A DNA stretch of 64,000 bases, taken from positions 1,568,001-1,632,000 of the forward strand of contig OZ244744.1 in the NCBI GenBank assembly GCA_965219455.1, given 5' to 3'. Every line of letters starts with the position of its first letter. Position 1 is the stretch's first letter. The notes below the pieces were generated by a model. The model did no database searches, was not told the DNA's origin, and worked only from the letters and a program-made list of their open reading frames with translations. This stretch comes from Candidatus Latescibacterota bacterium (GTDB taxonomy: Bacteria > Latescibacterota > UBA2968 > GCA-2709665). Shown here one piece after another: positions 46,736 through 54,850 of this stretch. The position numbers and the translations under genes are program-made.

Positions 46736-47926
46736 ATGCGTATCCGTTTAAAATTACTGTCCTGGGTGTTCTCGGTCGGTGTTCTGATATCGACCGCATT
46801 GGCGCAGTCCGTTCCCGATATCGATTTCGACGATAACGACGTGATCGACTTCGGGGACTTTGTCCTCCTGGCGCAGGCGTTCGGCACAGGGGATACACGG
46901 TTTGATCTCAACGGTGACGGCTCCGTCGATCTGCAGGATTTCCTGATCTTCGCGCGCCTGTACGACAAAGCCCAACATACGGTGATACATTCTCAGGTAG
47001 ATGGGGAACTCGCTGTAGGGTCCGTGGATGTCTATTCGGTGCCAACGCCGGGAAGCCAGCCCCAGGATATCGTCGTGGACGTCATGGGCCGCGTCTGGTT
47101 CACGCAGATGGGCGCAAACCAGATCGGCCGGCTCGATCCTGCAACCGAATCATTCGCTGAATATCCGTTGCCGACCCCCGGCGGCCAGCCGGCCCGCCTT
47201 GCCGTTGACGGCCGCGGGATCGTCTGGTTCACGGATATCGCCGCGAACGCAATCGGGCGCCTCGATCCGATTTCGGAAGAGATCCGGACATATACCGTAC
47301 CCACGCCGGGAAGCCGCCCAAGCGGTCTCGTCTTCGACCGCAAGGGGTATCTCTGGTTCACACAGGAATCCGGCAACCAGATTGGCCGTTTCGATCCCTA
47401 TCGCGGTACTTTCGATGAGTATACTGTTTTCAGCCCCTCAGCAGGTCTGGACGAGATTCTTATCGATGGTGACGGCGTGCTGGTATTCGTGGAACGCACC
47501 GCCGGGAAATTCGGCCGTATGAATCCGGAAACGCAGGAGATCGTGGAGATTGCGGTACCCGTCCAGGATTTGACCATAAGACGGTTCGTATTGGATGCCG
47601 GGGGACAGATGTGGTTTTCTGCGAATTCCTATCAGCTGCACGTGTGGGACCTCCAGGCGACCGGGAATTTCGCAAGCTATATCCTGCCTGAAGATGGACC
47701 CGATCCACTCTTCCTGGCCGTCGACCTGAACGGACGCATCTGGTATGCCAGTGATGAGTCCAGATATGTCGCGCGATTCGATCCCGAGTCGTCCAGCGTC
47801 CGGATTCTTGAGTTGCCGTCTTCGGTCTCAGGCGTCGGACGGCTGACAGTTGATCGGCTCGGACGGATCTGGTTTACCGATCCTTCCGGAAACAGGATCG
47901 GAAGAGTGGAGGATATCGGCCCCTGA
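46736..47926 (+). CDS. Exported Vgb (streptogramin lyase)-like beta-propeller with an N-terminal dockerin/EF-hand-like domain
   Basis: Signal peptide, then 'DIDFDDNDVIDFGDFVLL...FDLNGDGSVDLQDFLIF', then repeats of 'PTPGS.P..I.VD..G.VWFT....NQIGRLDP'. Confidence 0.85.
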   Translation: MRIRLKLLSWVFSVGVLISTALAQSVPDIDFDDNDVIDFGDFVLLAQAFGTGDTRFDLNGDGSVDLQDFLIFARLYDKAQHTVIHSQVDGELAVGSVDVYSVPTPGSQPQDIVVDVMGRVWFTQMGANQIGRLDPATESFAEYPLPTPGGQPARLAVDGRGIVWFTDIAANAIGRLDPISEEIRTYTVPTPGSRPSGLVFDRKGYLWFTQESGNQIGRFDPYRGTFDEYTVFSPSAGLDEILIDGDGVLVFVERTAGKFGRMNPETQEIVEIAVPVQDLTIRRFVLDAGGQMWFSANSYQLHVWDLQATGNFASYILPEDGPDPLFLAVDLNGRIWYASDESRYVARFDPESSSVRILELPSSVSGVGRLTVDRLGRIWFTDPSGNRIGRVEDIGP

Positions 47927-48092
47927 ATCGTCTTCCTCATTGTCGGGCGCACGCGTCTCAGTCCTGCGGATTGGGACGTTTTTTTTTGGTGTGCGCAAAA
48001 CCGGAAGACGATAAAAAGAAATTGACAAGGATGGGGGGCTTCGGTACCATTCCGACCGGTGTTGGAGAAAAGAAATAAACATCTGAATCGAT

Positions 48093-49673
48093 ATGCGTGG
48101 ACCAGCCGTGAAGTTCCGAATTCTACCCTTGATTTGCCTATGCGCCCTCAATCCCGTCTCTACTCCTGCGGTGACGGATCGGCTGGTGTTAATCTCGCCG
48201 CATCCGGACGGTGTACAGAATGAATTTGAGACGGCCTTCAAATCTCACTATTCCCGGCTGACCGGTCGGGAGATCGTCCTGGAATGGCTCGACGTCGGGG
48301 GCGGCACCAGCTCGATTCTGAGATATATCAAATCCGAGTTCAATCGCGCGCCGGGTGGAATCGGTATCGATATTTTCTTCGGCGGAGGCATGGATCCGTT
48401 TATGGAACTTGCCGATATGGGCCTCTGCTCGGCTCATCGCCTTCCGGACGATCTACTGGATCGATTACCACAAAAGATCGGCGGCGTACCGCTATACGAT
48501 CCCGATTGCCGCTGGTACGGCGCTACCCTGGCGGGTTTCGGCATTGTGTACAACCGGGCCGTACTCAAGCTTGTGAATCTGCCGGTACCGCGAACCTGGG
48601 CCGATCTGGGAGATCCGAGGTTGTTTTCGTGGGTGGGGTCGGGAGATCCCAGAAGCAGCGGTAGTGTGCATATGGCCTATGAGTTGATGCTGCAGGCATA
48701 CGGTTGGGAGCGAGGCTGGGAGGTCATCACGACACTGGGGGCCAATGTGCGCAACTTCGCCTCCGGCGGCTCCCAGGCGCCCAAGGATGTTGCTGCTGGC
48801 GAGGTTGCCTACGGTCTTTCTATCGACTTCTATGCCTGGGCCCAGGTCAGCCAGGTCGGAGAAGAATACATCGGATTCACGATGCCCGACAATCTGACCA
48901 TCGTCAATCCTGACGGGGTGGCCATCCTTAAGGGCGCGCCCAATCTGAAGGCGGCGCGAAAATTCGTCGAATTTGTCATGTCGAATGCGGGCCAGAAAAT
49001 CTGGTTTCTGAAAAAAGGCGTTTCGGGCGGCCCCGTGGAAACCGCGTTGAACCGGTTTACGGTATTGCCCGATCTCTATCGTCGGTATAGCAATGAAGCC
49101 GCCGTTTCGTTGAACCCGTTTGAGTGGACATCGGATCTCGTCTATGACTCGGAAAAGGCGTCTGCCCGGTGGCGCGTATTAAACGATCTGATCGGAGTTA
49201 TGTTGATCGATTCCCACCTACAGCTTCAAAACGCCTGGAAAATGGCGATTCGAGAAGGAATTACGCCCGAGCGTGTTCGACGGCTCTCTGCTGTACCCGT
49301 CAGCGAGGAAGCCTGCGCCCGCCTGGGTGCCCGTTGGCGAGACTCGGAACTGCGCAACAAGACCCTGGCGTCCTGGACGGATTTCGCCCGCAACAAATAC
49401 GGCCATACGCACTCTCCGTTTCAAACGCGTCTCCTGGACTGGCTGACGCTCCTGTTTCCGTTGGGCCTTGCAGGCGCGATAGTACTCTACCTCGGGAAGA
49501 TCTCGCCTCGAACGGTTCGTCGGTGCATCATCCCGACGGTATTCGGCGTCGTAATTCTACTGATGGCCCTTGACATCTTTAGCGTTCCAACACCGATTCT
49601 GGTGCTGTTAATCATTTCGTGCGCATCTGTCATGTATTGGTGGGAGTTCCGTTGCCGATCCTCCGGTTCCTGA
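48093..49673 (+). CDS. ABC transporter substrate-binding protein (Fe3+/AfuA-like) with a C-terminal membrane extension
   Basis: Motifs 'LISPH', 'DIFFGGG', 'GFGIVYN', 'DPRSSGS', 'IDFY', 'NPDGVAILKGAPN'. The last ~80 aa are strongly hydrophobic. Confidence 0.85.
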   Translation: MRGPAVKFRILPLICLCALNPVSTPAVTDRLVLISPHPDGVQNEFETAFKSHYSRLTGREIVLEWLDVGGGTSSILRYIKSEFNRAPGGIGIDIFFGGGMDPFMELADMGLCSAHRLPDDLLDRLPQKIGGVPLYDPDCRWYGATLAGFGIVYNRAVLKLVNLPVPRTWADLGDPRLFSWVGSGDPRSSGSVHMAYELMLQAYGWERGWEVITTLGANVRNFASGGSQAPKDVAAGEVAYGLSIDFYAWAQVSQVGEEYIGFTMPDNLTIVNPDGVAILKGAPNLKAARKFVEFVMSNAGQKIWFLKKGVSGGPVETALNRFTVLPDLYRRYSNEAAVSLNPFEWTSDLVYDSEKASARWRVLNDLIGVMLIDSHLQLQNAWKMAIREGITPERVRRLSAVPVSEEACARLGARWRDSELRNKTLASWTDFARNKYGHTHSPFQTRLLDWLTLLFPLGLAGAIVLYLGKISPRTVRRCIIPTVFGVVILLMALDIFSVPTPILVLLIISCASVMYWWEFRCRSSGS

Positions 49674-49749
49674 GAAAGACGGATTTCGGCCCGCCGGCAA
49701 CAGTCCGCCAATGGAGGGACTCCGGCAATTCCGGACTTGAGGGCAAACC

Positions 49750-50841
49750 ATGGTTCGTGTTCGTCTGAAGGATGTCTCCAAACAATTCGGCAGTGTCGTC
49801 GCCGTGGAACGCGTCGATCTGGAAATCGAAAAAGGCGAGTTTTTCTTTCTGCTGGGACCCTCCGGTTGCGGAAAAACCACGTTGCTGAGATTGATCGCCG
49901 GGTTCTACAGACCGGAACCTGGCCGCGTGTGTTTTGACGACCGGGACGTTACCAACGTACCGCCCGAAAAGCGGAACACGGGAATGGTCTTCCAGAACTA
50001 CGCGCTATGGCCGCACATGACGGTCTGGCAGAACGTGGAATACGGCCTTTCCATGCGCAACATTGCCCCCCAAAAACGCGCCGAACGGGTCGGGTGCGCG
50101 TTACAAATGGTACAAATGGAAGCCTACAGGGATCGGTCCCCCAACCAATTGTCGGGCGGACAGCAACAGCGGGTCGCGCTGGCGCGGGCCCTGGTGATCG
50201 AACCCGACGTGGTGCTGTTGGACGAACCGCTTTCCAATCTCGATGCCCGTTTGCGACTGGAGATGCGCGAACAGATTCAGGCACTCCATCGAAGCCTCGG
50301 CGTCACCATGATTTATGTGACGCACGATCAGAAGGAAGCGCTTGCGATGGCAAACCGTGTCGCCGTGATGAAGGCGGGGCGGGTGGTGCAAACGGGTGCT
50401 CCAAGGACGTTGTATTCGCGGCCGGCCAACCGATTTGTGGCGGATTTCATCGGTGAAATCAATCTGCTTTCGGGCAAGGTGGTCCGATTGGGGGAAAAAA
50501 TCGGGGTAGAGACGCCAGTGGGGATTCTGTATGGCCGGCCGGGCTGTGACGGCATCAGGAAAGACGACCGCGTGTTATGCGCCATTCGGCCTGAAGCCAT
50601 GGAATTCCTCGCGGGGCGGCCAGGCGAAACAGATCACGTCGTATCCGGGACGATCCGCAACACAATCTATTTGGGCGAGATGGAACAGTATATTGTGGAC
50701 CTGCCAGACGGGACGCAGGTGAAACTGGTGGAAAGCCATCCGCTTGTTCAGAAAGCGTTCCCGGGCGATCGGGTAAACATCCGGTTCGCTCAGGACGCGA
50801 TTTCCATACTACAGGACGAAGGTGAAAACAGCACTGCTTGA
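49750..50841 (+). CDS. ABC transporter ATP-binding subunit (PotA/FbpC-like)
   Basis: Motifs 'GPSGCGKTT', 'LSGGQQQR', '[10 protein letters not shown]', plus a TOBE-like tail. Confidence 0.93.
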   Translation: MVRVRLKDVSKQFGSVVAVERVDLEIEKGEFFFLLGPSGCGKTTLLRLIAGFYRPEPGRVCFDDRDVTNVPPEKRNTGMVFQNYALWPHMTVWQNVEYGLSMRNIAPQKRAERVGCALQMVQMEAYRDRSPNQLSGGQQQRVALARALVIEPDVVLLDEPLSNLDARLRLEMREQIQALHRSLGVTMIYVTHDQKEALAMANRVAVMKAGRVVQTGAPRTLYSRPANRFVADFIGEINLLSGKVVRLGEKIGVETPVGILYGRPGCDGIRKDDRVLCAIRPEAMEFLAGRPGETDHVVSGTIRNTIYLGEMEQYIVDLPDGTQVKLVESHPLVQKAFPGDRVNIRFAQDAISILQDEGENSTA

Positions 50842-52519
50842 TCGATACGATTTGAACTCGTCCAGGATCCTATTTCTGGCCGGATTGTTTGCCTTTTTTG
50901 TTTGTTTTCTGTTCTATCCGCTCTGGTATGCTTTTGTGCAAGCCCTGTGGGTGAACGGAGAAATCTCGCTCGTGTATTTTGAGCTGATGGCAGGCAATCC
51001 GGTCTATCGGGAGATGATCCTGAACAGTTTCCGCCTGGGCATGTTCACCACGATTGCAACGACACTCCTGAGCCTGCCCATCGCATTATTGCTGGTACGG
51101 TACGACTTCAGAGGAAAAAACATCCTCAATGGTCTGATCCTTGTGCCCATGGTCCTCCCGCCGTTCGTGGGCGCGATCGGGATGAAACAGATGTTCGCCC
51201 GATTCGGATCCATCAACCTGTTGTTGCTCAAACTGGGAATCGTCGATCAGCCGATCGATTGGTTCGGTAGCGGGTTTACGGGTGTGGTCATTCTGCAGGT
51301 ATTGCACCTCTATCCCATCATGTTCCTTAACGTGGCGGCGGCCCTGTCGAATGTCGATCCGAGCCTCGAAGAGGCTGGCCGCAATATGGGCGCCAGCGGT
51401 TTCAGGCTGTTTCGAACCGTAACCTTTCCGCTGATGTTACCAGGCTATTTTGCCGGCGCGACTATTGTCTTTATCTGGGCGTTTACCGACCTGGGAACAC
51501 CGCTGATTTTCAACTATCGGCAGGTGGTCATGGTCGAGATATTCAACGCCATTTCAGACATAAACGAAAATCCCATGGCATACGCGCTCGTGGTTTTCCT
51601 GTTATTGCTGACTATGCTGTTTTTCTACCTGTCCAAAATGCTGCTGGGCAAGAAACGGTACGAAATGGTGGCGCGGGGACACGTGGGATCCACAACGCGT
51701 CGCGCTTCGACCAGGACGACCGCACTAATCTACACGATTATGATTTCGTTGACGGCCATCGCGCTGATCCCTCACATGAGCGTTTTTCTGACCTCGATTT
51801 CCGAGCGCTGGTTCATGTCGATTTGGCCCCAGGAAATCACAGGCAAGTACTATCCGCTGGTATATCGGCACCCGATCGCCGGCCCCAGTATTACAATGAG
51901 CCTGATGTTGAGTACGTTAAGCACGATTTGCGATGTGACACTTGGCATCGCCATTGCCTATCTGCTTGCCCGCACCCATGTCCCCTTCAGGGGCGCGCTG
52001 GATGCGGTTGCGATGTTGCCGCTGGCACTGCCGGGTCCGGTGCTGGCCTTCGGATATCTGGCGGGATTTTCGGGCACCTTCCTGGATGCAAGACACAATC
52101 CCGTGCCACTGCTTGTGATCGCATACGCGGTGAGACGGCTGCCATATATGGTTAGATCGGCCTACGCCGGGTTCCAGCAAACCAGTGTCGCCCTCGAGGA
52201 AGCCGCCCGGAATATGGGCGCTTCACCCTTTCGGACGACCTTACAGATTACCTTTCCGCTCATTCTGGCCAATCTGGTCGCTGGGGCCATTCTCTGTTTT
52301 TCTTTCGCCATGCTGGAGGTCAGCGATAGCCTGATACTTGCGTTGAAGGCGCAATATTACCCCATCACAAAAGCAATCTACGCGCTGATGGGCAGGATCG
52401 CGGATGGTCCATATATTGCCAGCGCAATGGGCATGCTGGGAATGCTGCTTCTTATGCTCAGCCTTTTTTTGGCCGGACGGTTCCTGGGCCGGCGAATGGG
52501 AGAGCTTTTCCGCGCTTAG
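50822..52519 (+). CDS. ABC transporter permease, duplicated (FbpB-like)
   Basis: Two EAA loops, 'SLEEAGRNMGAS' and 'ALEEAARNMGAS'. Confidence 0.92.
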   Translation: MKTALLDRYDLNSSRILFLAGLFAFFVCFLFYPLWYAFVQALWVNGEISLVYFELMAGNPVYREMILNSFRLGMFTTIATTLLSLPIALLLVRYDFRGKNILNGLILVPMVLPPFVGAIGMKQMFARFGSINLLLLKLGIVDQPIDWFGSGFTGVVILQVLHLYPIMFLNVAAALSNVDPSLEEAGRNMGASGFRLFRTVTFPLMLPGYFAGATIVFIWAFTDLGTPLIFNYRQVVMVEIFNAISDINENPMAYALVVFLLLLTMLFFYLSKMLLGKKRYEMVARGHVGSTTRRASTRTTALIYTIMISLTAIALIPHMSVFLTSISERWFMSIWPQEITGKYYPLVYRHPIAGPSITMSLMLSTLSTICDVTLGIAIAYLLARTHVPFRGALDAVAMLPLALPGPVLAFGYLAGFSGTFLDARHNPVPLLVIAYAVRRLPYMVRSAYAGFQQTSVALEEAARNMGASPFRTTLQITFPLILANLVAGAILCFSFAMLEVSDSLILALKAQYYPITKAIYALMGRIADGPYIASAMGMLGMLLLMLSLFLAGRFLGRRMGELFRA

Positions 52520-52538
52520 GAAAAGGAGATTGCCGAAG

Positions 52539-53474
52539 ATGGTCTATGTCGTTTTGATTGTTCTCTTGATTCTCGTGGTTATTTTCCGTCTGACGCGTGG
52601 AAAGGGTTTGAGAAGCGAGGTACATCCTGAGGGCGACGAAGCACTGGCGGCAGAAGTGGCAGATATGGTGATCGATGGGCGGCAGGAATACCTGCCCGCC
52701 GCAAGCCATCCTATATTGGGTGGCGTGCTACGCGAATTGCTTGGCCGCCTCGGGACAGACGCGGAACAGGTACTGGTCAGACGGGGATTTACACACGACG
52801 CCGGGGCAATGCGCACCAATGAAGAAAAATCCCGGAATCTGAGAGTGTTTGATCCGGCGGAAAACATGATGCAGATTGTCGAGCGGGCGTTGCTGGTGGG
52901 AATTCAGGTGGCGCGTGTGGACGACGACTACGCCGGTGTGGGCGATGACCACCTGGACCTGGAGGCACTGGCACGCAAAGCCGAAGCCATTGAATTGGAT
53001 CTGTTCGGAGAGGGGAAGCGCGATCGTTACGGTTTTTACGGCAAGGCTGCGCTGGTGCTCCAGGATATGCTTCAAGATGAAAAAGAAGCATCTCGCAGGG
53101 AGGTCCTTCGAGGGATGCTGGAGATGGTCGACGACCGGATCGATGCCTTCCAGACGGAACTGGACAGGTCGATGGCGTACATCCCCGAGCCGGATACGTT
53201 GAGGTGGGGAGACAAGAGAGATCGGCAGTTATATTACTTCAAGATGGGCGTAACGAATTCGCTGCGACGAAGCGGACAGTTGGACAGCCTGGGCCATCTC
53301 TATCGGTACAGGGGGGTAAATTACGATGTCCTGGAAGCATACGATCTGGCTGCCCAGGAATGTCCGCAACTCTTCGCGGCCGATGTGATTGGGATCGACG
53401 GGTTGCTTCAGATGGGGTCCGGTGAGGTCCGGACGCTGGCCCGGCAGGCCCTGCCGGAGGGCGGGAGAACCTAG
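52539..53474 (+). CDS. Hypothetical protein with an N-terminal membrane anchor
   Basis: AGGAG RBS. 'MVYVVLIVLLILVVIFRL' is followed by a soluble helical region. Confidence 0.65.
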   Translation: MVYVVLIVLLILVVIFRLTRGKGLRSEVHPEGDEALAAEVADMVIDGRQEYLPAASHPILGGVLRELLGRLGTDAEQVLVRRGFTHDAGAMRTNEEKSRNLRVFDPAENMMQIVERALLVGIQVARVDDDYAGVGDDHLDLEALARKAEAIELDLFGEGKRDRYGFYGKAALVLQDMLQDEKEASRREVLRGMLEMVDDRIDAFQTELDRSMAYIPEPDTLRWGDKRDRQLYYFKMGVTNSLRRSGQLDSLGHLYRYRGVNYDVLEAYDLAAQECPQLFAADVIGIDGLLQMGSGEVRTLARQALPEGGRT

Positions 53475-53539
53475 TGTTCCGACCCGGAAACAGATTGCCC
53501 GATTTCGGACGCCGGGTCGCCCGGCTCGCAAGGCGCCTG
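53475..53539 (+). repeat. Dispersed intergenic repeat, copy 2
   Basis: Matches 43672-43736 and begins immediately after the TAG stop at 53472-53474. Confidence 0.75.
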
Positions 53540-53646
53540 ATGAAGGACGGAGTGGATAAAATGTCACGGTTGTCGATTGAGCCCGGGGAGATCGAATGCG
53601 AGGTTCTGTTTGACAGGATCTGACGACCGGCAACGGGGGGCCGAAT

Positions 53647-53681
53647 TCGAGGGGACGTAAATCGAGGGGACGTAAATCGAG
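53647..53681. repeat. 15-bp tandem repeat, (tcgaggggacgtaaa)x2 plus a partial copy
   Basis: Read directly from the sequence. Confidence 0.85.
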
Positions 53682-53720
53682 AGATGGGAGATGAAGGCTT
53701 CTCTTGCAGACTAACGAGCG

Positions 53721-53749
53721 AAGCCGCCACGCAGCGCGTGGCGGCTTTT
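53721..53749. terminator. Intrinsic terminator hairpin between convergent genes
   Basis: Perfect 12-bp stem aagccgccacgc-agc-gcgtggcggctt with a short T run. It lies 9 nt after the stop of the minus-strand 53756-54034 gene. Confidence 0.75.
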
Positions 53750-53755
53750 GTATTC

Positions 53756-54034
53756 CTATTTCCCCCCTCGGGACTTTTCGAAATAGGGGCGGACGCGTAC
53801 GATGACGTCCTCATCCAGTTTGCATTGTGACACGATTTGCGTGAACTTTTCCGCCGGCAAGCCGAGTTCCTCCAGGAACTTCCGGTCGGCGGGTCAGGGG
53901 TAGATATAGTCGCCGATGTTGTTCCGCAGCATCGCCCGGGCTTTGTCCGTAATCCGCGGCAGCCAGGGGATACCGCCCATGGCAAGCGTTCGCCCGCGGG
54001 GACGGAATTCAATGGACTCGTTCATGGCATCCAT
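53756..54034 (-). CDS. DUF5069-like small protein with in-frame TGA (codon 47); candidate selenoprotein
   Basis: AAGGAG lies 8 nt before ATG 54034. The frame reads MDAMNESIEFRPRGRTLAMGGIPWLPRITDKARAMLRNNIGDYIYP-TGA-PADRKFLEELGLPAEKFTQIVSQCKLDEDVIVRVRPYFEKSRGGK-TAG. TGA occupies the Cys position of the 'YIY.CP.D..FL..LG' motif and is followed by a SECIS-like hairpin. Confidence 0.8.
53851..53893 (-). promoter_or_regulatory. Bacterial SECIS-like hairpin
   Basis: After UGA the mRNA reads c-ccgccg-a-ccg-ga-aguucc-UGGA-ggaacu-cgg-cuugc-cggcgg. The apical loop begins 19 nt after UGA and has G at position 2. Confidence 0.7.
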
Positions 54035-54121
54035 CTGGTCGGCTCCTTTCCGTATAGGGGTTGAATGTCAAAAAATACACTTAACAGCGTACGAAAGCAA
54101 ATGGATATTGCGATCAGAAGC

Positions 54122-54703
54122 TTAATCGCCTCGGCCCACGTTCTGGTAAATGGATAACGAATTGCCTCCGTAGGTCTTCCGTATGCGCAACGAAAGGTGC
54201 CGGGTGGCGGCGGGTAACTCCAGGTCTGCGAAGTGTTGAATGAGGATATGGCCCGACGGAGCAACGAGCGCGGATCCGCTCAGACGGGTGAGCATCGCGA
54301 GGGCGAACGGAACGTCGTCCAGTTGAAGTTGGTATGGCGGATCCACGTATATGACGTCAAAAAGCCGTTGTTCCGCCTCCAGCAGCGGCAGGAGTCTTTC
54401 GGCGGGCTGATTCAGCAGGCGGATCTGTTTTTCCGCCCCCCAGTCCTTCAGCAGCATTGAAATAAAGCGGTGCCTGCGACGATTCGGTTCGTTCAGCAAC
54501 ACCCGGGCGCCCCGGCTGTACGCCTCGAGACCGATCTGACCTGAACAGGAAAAGAGGTCGAGAAAGTGGAGATGGTCGAGTCTGGTACCCAGAATCGTAA
54601 ATGCGGACTCTTTGATCCTTCCCGGCGTTACGCGGGCGTTGCCGTGTTTTCTGACGTCAAAGGGAATGGTCCTGCCTTTGAGTTTGCCCGTGATGATACG
54701 CAT
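54122..54703 (-). CDS. rsmD: 16S rRNA m2G966 methyltransferase (RsmD family)
   Basis: Motifs 'MRIITGKLKGR', 'KESAF', 'FLDLFSCSGQIGLEAYSRGA', 'FDVIYVDPPY'. Confidence 0.88.
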   Translation of the reverse strand: MRIITGKLKGRTIPFDVRKHGNARVTPGRIKESAFTILGTRLDHLHFLDLFSCSGQIGLEAYSRGARVLLNEPNRRRHRFISMLLKDWGAEKQIRLLNQPAERLLPLLEAEQRLFDVIYVDPPYQLQLDDVPFALAMLTRLSGSALVAPSGHILIQHFADLELPAATRHLSLRIRKTYGGNSLSIYQNVGRGD

Positions 54704-54850
54704 GAGAACAAAAGGAGAAGTTAAAGAGCCGTTCGGCGTTGGCGCCCCGGCGACTGAATGACGCGGCACGGCGGACGCGATCGAATTCAGGACGAGGCTG
54801 AAGAAATTCAGGAGCGAATCAATCGGACGAATGCGCAGCCTGTTTCCGCG

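Noticed and set aside
53647-53681. Short direct repeats as a CRISPR array
   Set aside because: 15-bp units with no spacers and no cas genes.
53239-54012. 257-aa minus-strand ORF in the track
   Set aside because: Wrong frame: it crosses a terminator and repeats. The RBS-supported, family-like frame is 53756-54034.
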